Source: a virus. Taken from it: a stretch of 41,532 bases of DNA. This document shows, piece after piece, positions 28,263 to 37,474 of this stretch. A program made the position numbers and the translations under genes. Every line of letters starts with the position of its first letter. The stretch's first letter is position 1. The stretch covers positions 1-41,532 of IMG/VR virus record IMGVR_UViG_3300045988_172893; one strand, 5' to 3'. Under the pieces are notes generated by a model that saw only the letters and a program-made list of their open reading frames with translations, ran no database searches and was not told the origin of the DNA.

Positions 28263-29636
28263 TTACGAAAGAAGTGCCTCCAAGCGGGATTTTACTTCGT
28301 CTTTCCCCTTGGGTTTAGATTCGTTTGCGTCGAGGGTGTAATGAACCTGCGCCTTGCCCTTTGCCGCGATAAACCCTTCTACAGTAGCGAAAGCATTGCC
28401 GTTGGATTCGAGCTTGAGCTTCTTGCAAGCTTCTTCCGCGATTTCTTCGAGGCTTTCCATAGAGTCGTAGGTAAATGCGCCAGTATAAGGCAGAACCTTC
28501 TTATAGAAGCTGTCCATCTTGCGAACATTCGCGATAGCCTCCTTGCGGATTTCTGCAGCATCCATACCGCAACCGTCCTTGCCCTTACCTTCGCCTTCTT
28601 TTCCTTCTTTGCCTTCTTTTCCTCCGTCTTTTTCTTCGCCGTCATCACCTTCGCCCGATTCCGACTTGTTGTAAGAAGCTTCTTCCATCTTCTTCATAAC
28701 GGTGCGGATAATTTCGTCATCGACTTTCCCTTTGAGGATTCCGCCGACTTCATCAATCAACTTGCGCTTATCAACTTTGCCTTCGCCACCTTCCCCGTCA
28801 TTCGATTTCCTTGTAACGAAACCAATCTTGGAGGAATCGGTTTTTTCAACGATAACGCCATCTTCGCCCTTTTCTCCTTCTCCTTCCTTTTCGCCTTCTT
28901 TTTCTTCGGCGTCGTCGGACTTTTCGGGAGAACGCTTATATTTGTTGGCGTCTATCCATTCCTTCGCTTCGGGAAACTTCGCATAGAGTTTCTCTACCGA
29001 AACGAACTCATCGGAAGTCTTAACTTCTTCCTTCTGAGGTTCAGTATCAGTTTTGTCTGCCATTTCAGATGTTCCTTTTTCTATGGTTTTATTGTTTATG
29101 TTAAACTCTACCGAGTCAAAAGTCATAGCTTCTTTCGCGTCGTACACCCTCATCTCACTTCCCATTCTGCCATTTTTAACGAGGGCAAGATGGTTTCCAC
29201 GCAAATTGCGCTGAACAAAGTCATACGTTTGACCATTGAACACGCCTCGACTGCGCTCATAAATGCTTTTATATCCCAGAGAAAGCTCTTTTACGCCAGA
29301 GAGAATCTTGTCCTTCATCTTCTCTGACCAAATCTTGAGGTCTCCGTAAAGCTTGCCAGCCTTATACTTAACGTTCGTGAGGACACCAGAGGCGGGACGC
29401 TGGTCATAAGGAGTCGCGCCTTCTCCTATCATTTCGTGTCCAATAATAAAGGGAACGTTATTGAAAGATTCCGCAGCCTTTTCAAGCTCTTCGGCTGGAC
29501 GGTATACAGGATAAAGTTTATCAGGGTCGAGATTAGGGAGACCAATCATTCTGCCGCTATACATATAAACGCCTTCAGCGGACAATGGATTGTCTCTCAC
29601 TAATTCAAATGAATTTGAATCAACTTCTTTAGACAC
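28263..29636 (-). CDS. Prohead scaffolding / protease-like protein (DUF2213-like) with a K/E/G low-complexity C-terminal half
   Basis: Position between portal and capsid. C-terminal GEGEKGEDG and KEGKEGKEGEGKGKDG repeats. The track start is GTG, so the true start is uncertain. Confidence 0.45.
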   Translation of the reverse strand: MSKEVDSNSFELVRDNPLSAEGVYMYSGRMIGLPNLDPDKLYPVYRPAEELEKAAESFNNVPFIIGHEMIGEGATPYDQRPASGVLTNVKYKAGKLYGDLKIWSEKMKDKILSGVKELSLGYKSIYERSRGVFNGQTYDFVQRNLRGNHLALVKNGRMGSEMRVYDAKEAMTFDSVEFNINNKTIEKGTSEMADKTDTEPQKEEVKTSDEFVSVEKLYAKFPEAKEWIDANKYKRSPEKSDDAEEKEGEKEGEGEKGEDGVIVEKTDSSKIGFVTRKSNDGEGGEGKVDKRKLIDEVGGILKGKVDDEIIRTVMKKMEEASYNKSESGEGDDGEEKDGGKEGKEGKEGEGKGKDGCGMDAAEIRKEAIANVRKMDSFYKKVLPYTGAFTYDSMESLEEIAEEACKKLKLESNGNAFATVEGFIAAKGKAQVHYTLDANESKPKGKDEVKSRLEALLS

Positions 29637-29734
29637 TTAATTCATTATTCTCGTCGCAAATTTCCCTTCTTTGTGTAAATTAAGATACTCAACTATTTGT
29701 TTTGTCAACAAGTTTTTTTTAAAATATTAGGAAG

Positions 29735-29761
29735 AGTAGTCCTCACCGTGAGGACTACTCC
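29735..29761. promoter_or_regulatory. Perfect 13-bp inverted repeat (GAGTAGTCCTCAC C GTGAGGACTACTC) between the portal and scaffold genes
   Basis: Read by eye. On the coding (-) strand it is followed by TTCCTAATATTTT. Confidence 0.4.
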
Positions 29762-29806
29762 CAACTCCAAGTGTGCGACATTCACTTTGAGCTGTAATGG
29801 AAATTA

Positions 29807-31525
29807 TTATTCTTCCGATTCGTCAGGATTGTCTTCGCCACCCTCTCCAGAGTTAAGCCCTTCCCTTTTTAGTACGTCATCCTTAGTCTTACCTCTTATG
29901 GGATTATCTATTTCTTTCGGCATAGGTCTTCCCATATTATCCTTCTCCACTGAGAACGCTTCCTCCTGCTCCTTGCTAATAATGGGAGGCTCGGGGTCAA
30001 GAGTACTGAATCCACCGTTAGGGTCGGTAATGAGGTGCATTCTTTCTTCCTTGATGTCTGTAATCTTACCGCCGAGTCTCATAGAAGCAGTACGCGCGTC
30101 AATTTCGCGAATCTTAGCTTTGGTAAGTTCATCAGGAGTATCAATCGGATTAAATTCAACAATCATCTTCTTAACCTTACCTTTTTCGCTCTTGGACATA
30201 ATCTGATTGTGCCTGTTGATAATCGGCAGGTAGTCATCCTTCTGGAGACGCTTGAGGTATTGTTTATAGTCCGACAACTCGAATGTGCCCGAGCTATTCA
30301 GCCCTTTAATGGACATATTAAACAGTTTTTCCGCGCGAATGTTCGCGATAGCGCATATCCTCTGGGCGCAAGCATTGATAACCTCTTCAAGCCCCGTAAG
30401 GGCGGTATCCATCTGTTTTACTTCACTACCAATCTGCTTTACCCAGATTCCGTAGTTGCTGTGGATTTCCGAGGTCGCCTCGAGGATAGCGTTTACCTCC
30501 TGAGGATTTGCCATATAGTTGGACATTTCCGCGTCGGCGACGTAGCTGCGCTTTGTCAGTAAAAGAAGCATAGCTTCGTTGAGAGACTTTTCGTAAGCGT
30601 AAACTGCCTCGTATATTTGTTGCGCAAGCGATACACCACCAAAGAAGTAGGTAGGCTTAAGAAAGTCAGCCACAGGGCTATTTATTAGCTTTATGCACCA
30701 GCTCCTGTGGATTCTCTTGTACTTAGTTCCAGTAGGGAAAGAGTACCACGTCGGTTGATAAAAGAATTTGCTTGTAGGGTCAGTAAGGCTCTCTTGGTCG
30801 AAATCGTAGGTAATCCAGTAGGGGTCGATTACGGTCATACCAGTGTAGGAGTCTCGAGGAATTGCCTCTATGTCGAACTCGTTCTCCATATCGACTTCGG
30901 TATTGAAGGTGGGGACTACGAGTGCCCAGCCGAATTGCTTGGAGTTGATTTCGGCGCGGATACATACGTCTTGGATTTGATAATCCTCTTGAGAACGTTC
31001 TACGAAGCTTTCAAGCTCGCCCAACTTCGCCTTTTTCCCATCGTCAGCATACATAACCTTATACCCAGAGGACATAGCATCTCGCGCTGGCATTGTGCAG
31101 CACTTGTCGATGATAGGATTTTGGCGAAGAATTGCACAATTCTGGTATCCAATGAAGTTAGTGCGGTATTTTTCGATAATTTCGTACCTCAAATCAGATT
31201 GGAATGGGCGCATAGCATAATCGCTTTCACAGGCGTCCATTGTAAAGGACTCAATTTGCCCACTTTCCGACCTTCGATACCCCTTAAAGTCAGAAATTGT
31301 CCTCTGGATGACCTTCTTTGCTTCGGACTTAAGGTCAAACTTGGGCATTTTGCAGTTTTCAGCAATATCCTTGAGTGCTTTGACCCAAGCGAGTGCTTTT
31401 ATTTCTCTCTTTGAGAGTTTTTTGACCGCAAACTCCTTCGCTGAGTCTATTTTTGAGGTTTTTAGCTTCATCGGCTTTTTTGCCGTTTTTTCGAAAGATT
31501 CTGCTGTTTTTTGTGCTTTTTTCAC
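29807..31525 (-). CDS. Portal protein
   Basis: 572 aa, immediately downstream of TerL. GTG start with an AAGGG RBS; alternative ATG at 31471. Confidence 0.55.
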   Translation of the reverse strand: MKKAQKTAESFEKTAKKPMKLKTSKIDSAKEFAVKKLSKREIKALAWVKALKDIAENCKMPKFDLKSEAKKVIQRTISDFKGYRRSESGQIESFTMDACESDYAMRPFQSDLRYEIIEKYRTNFIGYQNCAILRQNPIIDKCCTMPARDAMSSGYKVMYADDGKKAKLGELESFVERSQEDYQIQDVCIRAEINSKQFGWALVVPTFNTEVDMENEFDIEAIPRDSYTGMTVIDPYWITYDFDQESLTDPTSKFFYQPTWYSFPTGTKYKRIHRSWCIKLINSPVADFLKPTYFFGGVSLAQQIYEAVYAYEKSLNEAMLLLLTKRSYVADAEMSNYMANPQEVNAILEATSEIHSNYGIWVKQIGSEVKQMDTALTGLEEVINACAQRICAIANIRAEKLFNMSIKGLNSSGTFELSDYKQYLKRLQKDDYLPIINRHNQIMSKSEKGKVKKMIVEFNPIDTPDELTKAKIREIDARTASMRLGGKITDIKEERMHLITDPNGGFSTLDPEPPIISKEQEEAFSVEKDNMGRPMPKEIDNPIRGKTKDDVLKREGLNSGEGGEDNPDESEE

Positions 31526-31596
31526 GATTTTGCCCTTATATTTGCTATTTTTCCCAATATTCTCAAAAGTAGGTAATCATCAGCGAATAAGTCAAG

Positions 31597-33078
31597 TTAA
31601 AAAATACCTTTCCGAGAGAATCCTATCTTCCCTGCATAGCTTACGCAGTCGGTTATGTCGTCATGTGCGTGGGTCATATCTCCGCATAGTGCTACCATCT
31701 CATTTATTACCTCTCGAGAGATAGGATTATCCTTGCCGTCAGGCAAAAGAATGTCTCCAGCCTCGAAATAAGGGAAGACATAATTGTTCCATCGCGTCAA
31801 TTTATCGAATCCCTCGTCTTTTACAGGGATAACGCTGAAACCTCCCTCTCTTCTAACTCTCTGGATAAGCTCCATACCTGAAGCCCTATCTTCAATGTAG
31901 AAAACTCGCGCAGGAAGACCTCCTACTCCGCCAGAATGCTTGTTCTTAAACGCCAGAAGCTCTTTGAGCAGGTCTACGGCGTCGATTTTCTTATGAAGAA
32001 GGTCTATTAGGTGCAATTTCCCTTTGTCGGTGACGCCCCACAATCCTACGGCGGTGTAGTCGGCGTATTCATTGTTTTTGAAAGCGGTATCGGCAGTGAA
32101 GAACACGCGAGTGTATTTGTATCTTTCACGAGTATCGTAAAACCTAAACCATTCTTCCTTTACAAGCTCTCCACCGAGAACGATTGGCTTTTGTTGCATT
32201 TGAGCCGCGAACACCATTCGGCTCTGTTTTTGCTCCTTGAGCAATGTTTCCACAGGGAAACGCTCTTCCCAGAAGCTTTCTGGGGGGTGTTTACTCTCAT
32301 CGAGTGCCTGTACAACCACGAAATCCCAATCCTCAGGCTCTTCGCGCTGGATATACCCCACAAGGTCATCAGTCGCGAGCCTTTGCATAATCATAACGAT
32401 AGGGGTCTTCGCGGGGTTATTAAGACGCTTTTTAACAACGGTCTGGTAGACGTTCTCTACCTTAAGTTTCTCTGCTGCAGAGTTAAAGAACTTTGCGTTG
32501 AGCGGGTCGTCGACAATGAACGCTCCCTTAAAAGAATCTCCTGAACCTCCCACGCCAAAACCAGTAAGTGCAGCGTGCAGAGGCGCGGCGCGAAAGCACC
32601 CTTTCTCCTTGGTCTCCCAAAGGCACTTAGCCTCAGAGTTCTTATTGAGTTTGACTCCGAACAGCATTTGGTAGGGTCGGCTTCTCATAATGTTGAGAAT
32701 ATCGTCCGACATCTTGTTGGTGATGCGCTCTTCGTAGCAGGTGTAGATGAAGTTGCACCGAGGCTCTATTGCGAAGCACCAGCTTGCCCACAGAATCATA
32801 AGTTGAGACTTCCCGCTTCGCGGCGGTAGGTTTATGCAAAGGTTTTTCCTCTTAGGATTGCCATAGACGTGTTCCTCGAGTTTCTTGATTATGCGCCAAT
32901 GGAATCTCTTGATTTGGAAGTCATCTTGGCTTATGAATCGGTAAAAGAACTTCACATACAGCGCAAAGTTGGTTTTCAGTAGGGTAGCGGTAGCGGAAAT
33001 ATTCTCAGGGCTAAGATACTTCTCGATGTCTATCGCGTTCTTGTTCAGAGCTTCACTCTCATCATTAGTCGCAATCAT
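31597..33078 (-). CDS. terL: Terminase large subunit
   Basis: Walker A NLPPRSGKS and Walker B FIVDDP. Nuclease motifs FFTADTA, IEDRASG and HAHDDITD. The ATG at 33078 has a GGAAGGAGAGG RBS; the track's 33099 start is GTG. Confidence 0.85.
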   Translation of the reverse strand: MIATNDESEALNKNAIDIEKYLSPENISATATLLKTNFALYVKFFYRFISQDDFQIKRFHWRIIKKLEEHVYGNPKRKNLCINLPPRSGKSQLMILWASWCFAIEPRCNFIYTCYEERITNKMSDDILNIMRSRPYQMLFGVKLNKNSEAKCLWETKEKGCFRAAPLHAALTGFGVGGSGDSFKGAFIVDDPLNAKFFNSAAEKLKVENVYQTVVKKRLNNPAKTPIVMIMQRLATDDLVGYIQREEPEDWDFVVVQALDESKHPPESFWEERFPVETLLKEQKQSRMVFAAQMQQKPIVLGGELVKEEWFRFYDTRERYKYTRVFFTADTAFKNNEYADYTAVGLWGVTDKGKLHLIDLLHKKIDAVDLLKELLAFKNKHSGGVGGLPARVFYIEDRASGMELIQRVRREGGFSVIPVKDEGFDKLTRWNNYVFPYFEAGDILLPDGKDNPISREVINEMVALCGDMTHAHDDITDCVSYAGKIGFSRKGIF

Positions 33079-33313
33079 AAATATCCTCTCCTTCCTCACG
33101 CATCTTACGCTCCATCACGCCCATTCTAACTCTCGCGAGCTTAGAGCACTGTTTCTGGGAGTTTCGATAGCTCTTACTGCATCTCCCGCTATCTTTCCAA
33201 GAGCTACGATATTTCCTATCCTCATCTATGGTGAATCCAGTATCGTATGCAGAATACCTATTCCACCCCTTCTCGCTCTTCCAAATCCTATTATCCTTGC
33301 GGGTTCTACTCAT
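33065..33313 (-). CDS. Small basic Trp-rich protein (82 aa) between TerS and TerL
   Basis: ORF overlapping the terL start by 14 nt. Confidence 0.3.
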   Translation of the reverse strand: MSRTRKDNRIWKSEKGWNRYSAYDTGFTIDEDRKYRSSWKDSGRCSKSYRNSQKQCSKLARVRMGVMERKMREEGEDIYDCD

Positions 33314-33359
33314 TTTTGTCGCGCCCCTTTATGTATGCTATGAATACCTCGAATAAATT

Positions 33360-34034
33360 CTATGGAATGTCTACAATGTCGCTATCGTCATCGCTTCCAA
33401 TCTCATCTCTATCGGTCAAAAACGTCTTACCCATATCGCTACGAAGCTCCTTCAGTTGTTCCATATCCACCTTGTGTTTATGCACAACCTCTCCGCCAAC
33501 GTTGACTTCGCTCTTCCGCCCGTAGTTATCTCTATCCAATCTCTCTAGCACCCATTTGCTATTCTCAACGTTTTTATTCTCCATAACGTCTCTCGCCAGA
33601 TTCTCAGCGGCTGCAGCCACGATGCACTCTCTCCAAGTGTCAATCCTATCCCTCAGCAAAGGATATTTCTTCAGCAACTTCTTCCACTTATTGTGGTATA
33701 TCCCAAGATACGCGCACAATGCCGAATCCTTCATCCTCATCCTTGCACCCAACTCCATCTTGTTGTACATATCCTTCGTCAGGTACACATAGCACTTATT
33801 CGTCGCTTCCTCCATCTCCACCACCTCAGGGTCGATTGTCTCAAATACCTCACGAGTATCCTCAGGCAATTCAGCGAAATCCTTATCGCACATCCTCCTC
33901 AAATACTCCTTCCGACCATAGCAATCTAATCGCTTCTTCTCCTTCGCTGGTTTTATCGCTGTCTCGTCTCGACTCCCGAATGCCTCTACAACGCATTCTT
34001 TTGCCCCTACAATTGATTCTGTTTTCTCTTCCAT
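33360..34034 (-). CDS. terS: Terminase small subunit candidate
   Basis: Position immediately upstream of terL and next to the iteron region. Helical LARDVMENKNVENSKWVLERLDRDNYG. ATG at 34034 with AAGG; the track's 34115 start is GTG. Confidence 0.4.
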   Translation of the reverse strand: MEEKTESIVGAKECVVEAFGSRDETAIKPAKEKKRLDCYGRKEYLRRMCDKDFAELPEDTREVFETIDPEVVEMEEATNKCYVYLTKDMYNKMELGARMRMKDSALCAYLGIYHNKWKKLLKKYPLLRDRIDTWRECIVAAAAENLARDVMENKNVENSKWVLERLDRDNYGRKSEVNVGGEVVHKHKVDMEQLKELRSDMGKTFLTDRDEIGSDDDSDIVDIP

Positions 34035-34269
34035 ATAATCATATACCTTGACTACTAAAAACGCTTTGTAAAGCATTTTTTTACTCGCGCACGCGCCTTT
34101 CCACCAACCAAACACCCCAACACCACACCTTAATCTCTACCACTCAACCTCTTACGCCATACTCACCATATTTTTATACCAAAATTTTTTTATATGCGAT
34201 TTTTTTTATATGCGAATTAGAGCACCCCCACCCGTACCCCTTCCTACGTTTACTTAAAAGTGCTATCCC

Positions 34270-34480
34270 CCGTAGTTAGTCTTGCCTAACTTTGTTAGTT
34301 CAATCTAACATTGTTAGTCTTGCCTAACTCGTAAGAAAGAATAATCTCTTACAACTCTTAAGAAAGAACTAAGTATATCCTACTTACTTATTCTTACAAA
34401 TAAAATATCCTACAAAAAAATAAATAAATATCCTACCAGTAAACCCCCCTCTCCTTTAATCCCCCTTTAATCCCCCTTTA
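34270..34480. repeat. Cluster of short direct repeats in the divergent intergenic region: 17-bp GTTAGTCTTGCCTAACT x2, TAAGAAAGAA x2, ATATCCTAC x3, CCCCCTTTAAT x3 tandem
   Basis: Read by eye. Preceded by a ~90-nt G-free CA-rich tract (34095-34180). Confidence 0.6.
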
Positions 34481-34600
34481 ATGGTTTTCCCCTTTTTTGC
34501 AAGCTTTTTTATGGATGAGTAAAAGATTTTTTGGGAAATGTTAGATTGAACTAACTTTTAAGATGAAAGAAAAAAGTGAAATATTTTAAAAAAAAGTATT

Positions 34601-34640
34601 GACTTTTTAAGAGAATATGAGAGACTATAAACATAATCAA
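34601..34640 (+). promoter_or_regulatory. Candidate (+)-arm promoter (TTGACT...TATAAA) upstream of 34730
   Basis: TTGACTTTTTA, the same motif found near 41044. Spacing is non-canonical for sigma70. Confidence 0.25.
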
Positions 34641-34729
34641 AAAAGGGGCAATGATTGAAGCCCGTGGATTGATTAGGACAATAAACTCAAACCCGTCGGG
34701 GCGCGGTAAAGATAAGCCCCTTAAAAAAT

Positions 34730-34996
34730 ATGAATATGCAAGACAAAATCGACACAATACGTGATAGTGTATTAAGACAAGGCGGCGTTATATCGCAACA
34801 ACTCGACTTTGCGGACAAGCGCGGACTTGTTGTTTTTAGCCGACAGACGGGCGCGGAATCGATGCACTTGTACAAGATTGCGCGCGGTTTGGATAATCAG
34901 GGCGGGCAATCGTCGGCGAAAATTTTGAGGGCGTGCATCTGGAGCGACAATTTTACAACCGATGAACTTTGCGATATAATCCGCAAGACTATTTAA
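34730..34996 (+). CDS. Hypothetical protein (88 aa), first gene of the (+) arm
   Basis: ORF downstream of the control region. Confidence 0.4.
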   Translation: MNMQDKIDTIRDSVLRQGGVISQQLDFADKRGLVVFSRQTGAESMHLYKIARGLDNQGGQSSAKILRACIWSDNFTTDELCDIIRKTI

Positions 34997-35064
34997 CAAT
35001 TCGGGGCTTTTAAAGCCCCGCCCGCTCTTAATGGACAATTTAAATTTGATGAAAGGTAAAAAAT

Positions 35065-35265
35065 ATGAATACATTTACAATTTTCAGCAACTCTAAAGAA
35101 ATAACGAATAGACTATTGCAACTCGGATTTTATCCAAAAAACTCGAAATTAAACACCTTTGAAATTTCAACGCGTGAAAAACCCCGCGATTTTTGCCAAG
35201 CGATCTTTGTGGGGATGGATGTTTGCCACGAATCAGATTATTATGTTATAAATTTCACTTGGTAA
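35065..35265 (+). CDS. Hypothetical protein (66 aa)
   Basis: ORF with an AGGTAAAAAAT RBS. Confidence 0.35.
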   Translation: MNTFTIFSNSKEITNRLLQLGFYPKNSKLNTFEISTREKPRDFCQAIFVGMDVCHESDYYVINFTW

Positions 35266-35277
35266 AGGACTTTAAAG

Positions 35278-35583
35278 ATGTACAATATAACAAGACAAGA
35301 AACACGGGCGGAAAAGATTGCCGCCCTTACAACCGCACAAGAAAAGGCTTTTGATTGCAAGACGCGCGAAACAACAGGCGTTATAATACACGGGCAACCT
35401 TGTAAATTCACATTTTTATGGATTAACGGGGCTTTTTACGTCAACGCTTGCATAAATGCCACGGATTTTCAAAAACAATTGTTCACAATCCGCGCAAAAT
35501 TGCCCGCTTGTTGGCTTTTAAACATTGCCGAAAAAACTGTCAAAAAAGTTTTAAGACAGACACGGGCGGCGGCAATCCGTTAA
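35278..35583 (+). CDS. Hypothetical protein (101 aa)
   Basis: ORF with RBS. Confidence 0.4.
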   Translation: MYNITRQETRAEKIAALTTAQEKAFDCKTRETTGVIIHGQPCKFTFLWINGAFYVNACINATDFQKQLFTIRAKLPACWLLNIAEKTVKKVLRQTRAAAIR

Positions 35584-35607
35584 AATCGTAGAATAGAAAG
35601 GCAAAAC

Positions 35608-35802
35608 ATGATAATCGACAAAATACTTGATGCACGGGATGGGTACTACAATTCGCAATGGGACGAATGCACGGGCGCGGAATATATCTATAAAGAAGCA
35701 ACCGAATTCAAATTTTATTACATTGCCGATGCGTTTGACAATGGCACAAATGAAGATTGTCAAAAAAGCCCTTTGTCGTTATATCGACGAGCAAAGCTAT
35801 AA
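35608..35802 (+). CDS. Hypothetical protein (64 aa)
   Basis: ORF with an AAAGGCAAAACATG RBS. Its 3' 60 nt overlap an alternative-frame ORF. Confidence 0.35.
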   Translation: MIIDKILDARDGYYNSQWDECTGAEYIYKEATEFKFYYIADAFDNGTNEDCQKSPLSLYRRAKL

Positions 35803-35851
35803 TCCTGAAATTAAAGACTTTGTGAAAACTTTTCAGTGGGTTGAGGACTAA
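35741..35851 (+). CDS. 36-aa ORF in the +1 frame overlapping the 3' end of the previous gene
   Basis: Internal ATG of track ORF 35627..35851. An A6 run lies in the overlap. Confidence 0.2.
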   Translation: MAQMKIVKKALCRYIDEQSYNPEIKDFVKTFQWVED

Positions 35852-35855
35852 AACG

Positions 35856-36278
35856 ATGAAAAGAATAATATTTGCTTGCGCGTTATTTGCAACGATAAAC
35901 GCTTGCGCGGATATAATTGCGGACACTCTTTACTTGGAAGCACGGGGCGAAAAGCCCCGCGGCCTTCGAGCGGTTGCAACGGTTATTTATAACCGCGCAA
36001 AAAACACGGGCAAAACATTTGAAGCGGTTTGCCTTCAACCTTTTCAATTTAGTTGCTGGAACGCGTCCAAAACGCGCAAAATTACCCCTAAAACACATTC
36101 AGATGCTAAAGCCTATGAATTATGCTTGGCAATTGAAAAAGAGCTTTTAACGGGCAATTTCGAGCCGCTTGGAGAATGGACACACTACTACAACCCGCGT
36201 TTGTGCTCGCCCAAGTGGGCACGGGACGGACAATTTAAAACACAAATAGGCAATCATATATTTCTTAAAACACGGTAA
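35856..36278 (+). CDS. SleB/CwlJ-family cell-wall hydrolase with a signal peptide (candidate secreted endolysin)
   Basis: MKRIIFACALFATINACA signal peptide, then DTLYLEARGE...AVATVIYNR...QFSCWN...YYNP...PKWA, the Hydrolase_2 pattern. The track's 35841 start is TTG. Confidence 0.65.
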   Translation: MKRIIFACALFATINACADIIADTLYLEARGEKPRGLRAVATVIYNRAKNTGKTFEAVCLQPFQFSCWNASKTRKITPKTHSDAKAYELCLAIEKELLTGNFEPLGEWTHYYNPRLCSPKWARDGQFKTQIGNHIFLKTR

Positions 36279-36292
36279 AAGAAAGGCAAAAA

Positions 36293-36532
36293 ATGGATTA
36301 CATGACAGGATTTCATTGCAAATACATCGAGGATGCGGAACGCATTGCCCGCAAACTCAATCCGACAGACTATCACATATCAAAAAGCACAGATGAAAAT
36401 TTTCCTCATTATGTAAGGCTTTACTTTAATATGTACTCGACCGAATGGCAAAGAATGGTTCAACAGGCAGTGGAAATCCGAAGCCTTTTGATGGCTGAGC
36501 TTAGCAGAAATGCGGATGTTGCACAATTTTAA
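36293..36532 (+). CDS. Hypothetical protein (79 aa)
   Basis: ORF with an AAAGGCAAAAAATG RBS. Confidence 0.4.
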   Translation: MDYMTGFHCKYIEDAERIARKLNPTDYHISKSTDENFPHYVRLYFNMYSTEWQRMVQQAVEIRSLLMAELSRNADVAQF

Positions 36533-36557
36533 ACACAACAGAAAGGAAATATACAAG

Positions 36558-37403
36558 ATGGACGAACAAACTAATATAAACACGGGTAATAACACGGGAA
36601 AAGAGATTGTCGAAATCGACAATAAGCCCGTATTGCCGCAAAAAATCAGCAAAAACACGGTCGAAGCAACGCTTGCAACGCCCGCTTACACCCACAGAAT
36701 AACAAACTTTTTCGGGGGTAATCAGAAAGACGCCTTGCGCTTTCAAGCTTCAACGCTGGCTTGCATTAACAAAAACCCGAAACTTGCGCAATGCACGCCT
36801 GCGAGCTTTTTCGATACGCTCAACAAATGCGCCGAATTTAGGCTCTTCCCCGACGGTCGAACCGCTGCGCTTGTTCCAACGGGTAATTCAAAGCTTGGCA
36901 AGATGGAATGCCAATTCCGACTTATGGCTCAAGGGTACATCGAGCTTTTCGCTCGAAATGGAATCCTTGTATCGGTTGTAGACGTTTGCGAACACGATGA
37001 ATACGACGAAACAAACGGCGTTATTACCCTCAGGATTGACCGTTTCGCCGAATACACGGGTAAGAGAGGCACGCGCTACGGGTTTGTAGTCCACGCCCAA
37101 TTCCCCGATAAACGCATCAAAAGCGAATTTATTTCGTTGAAATACATCGATAAGGTTCGCGGAATTTCAAAAAATCAGACACTCTGGAATACTGAATGGC
37201 TGGAGATGGCGAAAAAGACTTGCATTAGATACCTTGCCAAGACTCTGCCTCAGACCTCTGAAATTCAGTGGGCAATCAAAGCCGACGACGAAGCGGGATT
37301 TGACTTTAATAATAAGACGCCTTACCGTAATTCTTTCACGGGTTTTCAGCCTTCAGAATCGAGCACGGGCGAAGATGCCGAAGGTACCAAAGAGGAAGAG
37401 TAA
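36558..37403 (+). CDS. recT: RecT-family single-strand annealing recombinase
   Basis: CTPASFFDTLNKCAEFRLFPDGRTAALVPTG and WNTEWLEMAKKTCIRYLAKTLP match conserved RecT blocks. Confidence 0.7.
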   Translation: MDEQTNINTGNNTGKEIVEIDNKPVLPQKISKNTVEATLATPAYTHRITNFFGGNQKDALRFQASTLACINKNPKLAQCTPASFFDTLNKCAEFRLFPDGRTAALVPTGNSKLGKMECQFRLMAQGYIELFARNGILVSVVDVCEHDEYDETNGVITLRIDRFAEYTGKRGTRYGFVVHAQFPDKRIKSEFISLKYIDKVRGISKNQTLWNTEWLEMAKKTCIRYLAKTLPQTSEIQWAIKADDEAGFDFNNKTPYRNSFTGFQPSESSTGEDAEGTKEEE

Positions 37404-37474
37404 AATAGAGCGTAAAGACAAATAAATTAACAAATTGTAAACCAATCACATACAAACAAAGGATGTGCAAAAAG

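Noticed and set aside
27416-29327. Long (+)-strand ORFs (27416..28318, 27768..28256, 28341..29327) antisense to the decoration-like and scaffold-like genes
   Set aside because: Low-complexity antisense reading frames (Phe/Leu/Arg-rich or Ala-rich) in GC-rich DNA. The sense-strand proteins have coherent structure and sit in a conserved gene order.
30707-31414. 235-aa (+)-strand ORF and 175-aa (30035..30562) ORF antisense to the portal gene
   Set aside because: Same reasoning: antisense shadows of a long GC-rich gene.
33079-33099. Track start of terL at 33099 (MRKERIF...) and the 251-aa TerS ORF start at 34115
   Set aside because: Both are GTG codons. In-frame ATGs with good RBSs lie at 33078 (terL) and 34034 (TerS), so the shorter models are preferred.
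34270-34480. Possible CRISPR array in the repeat-rich intergenic region
   Set aside because: Repeats are 9-17 bp, belong to four unrelated families, are irregularly spaced and lack uniform spacers. The pattern fits iterons or binding sites, not CRISPR.
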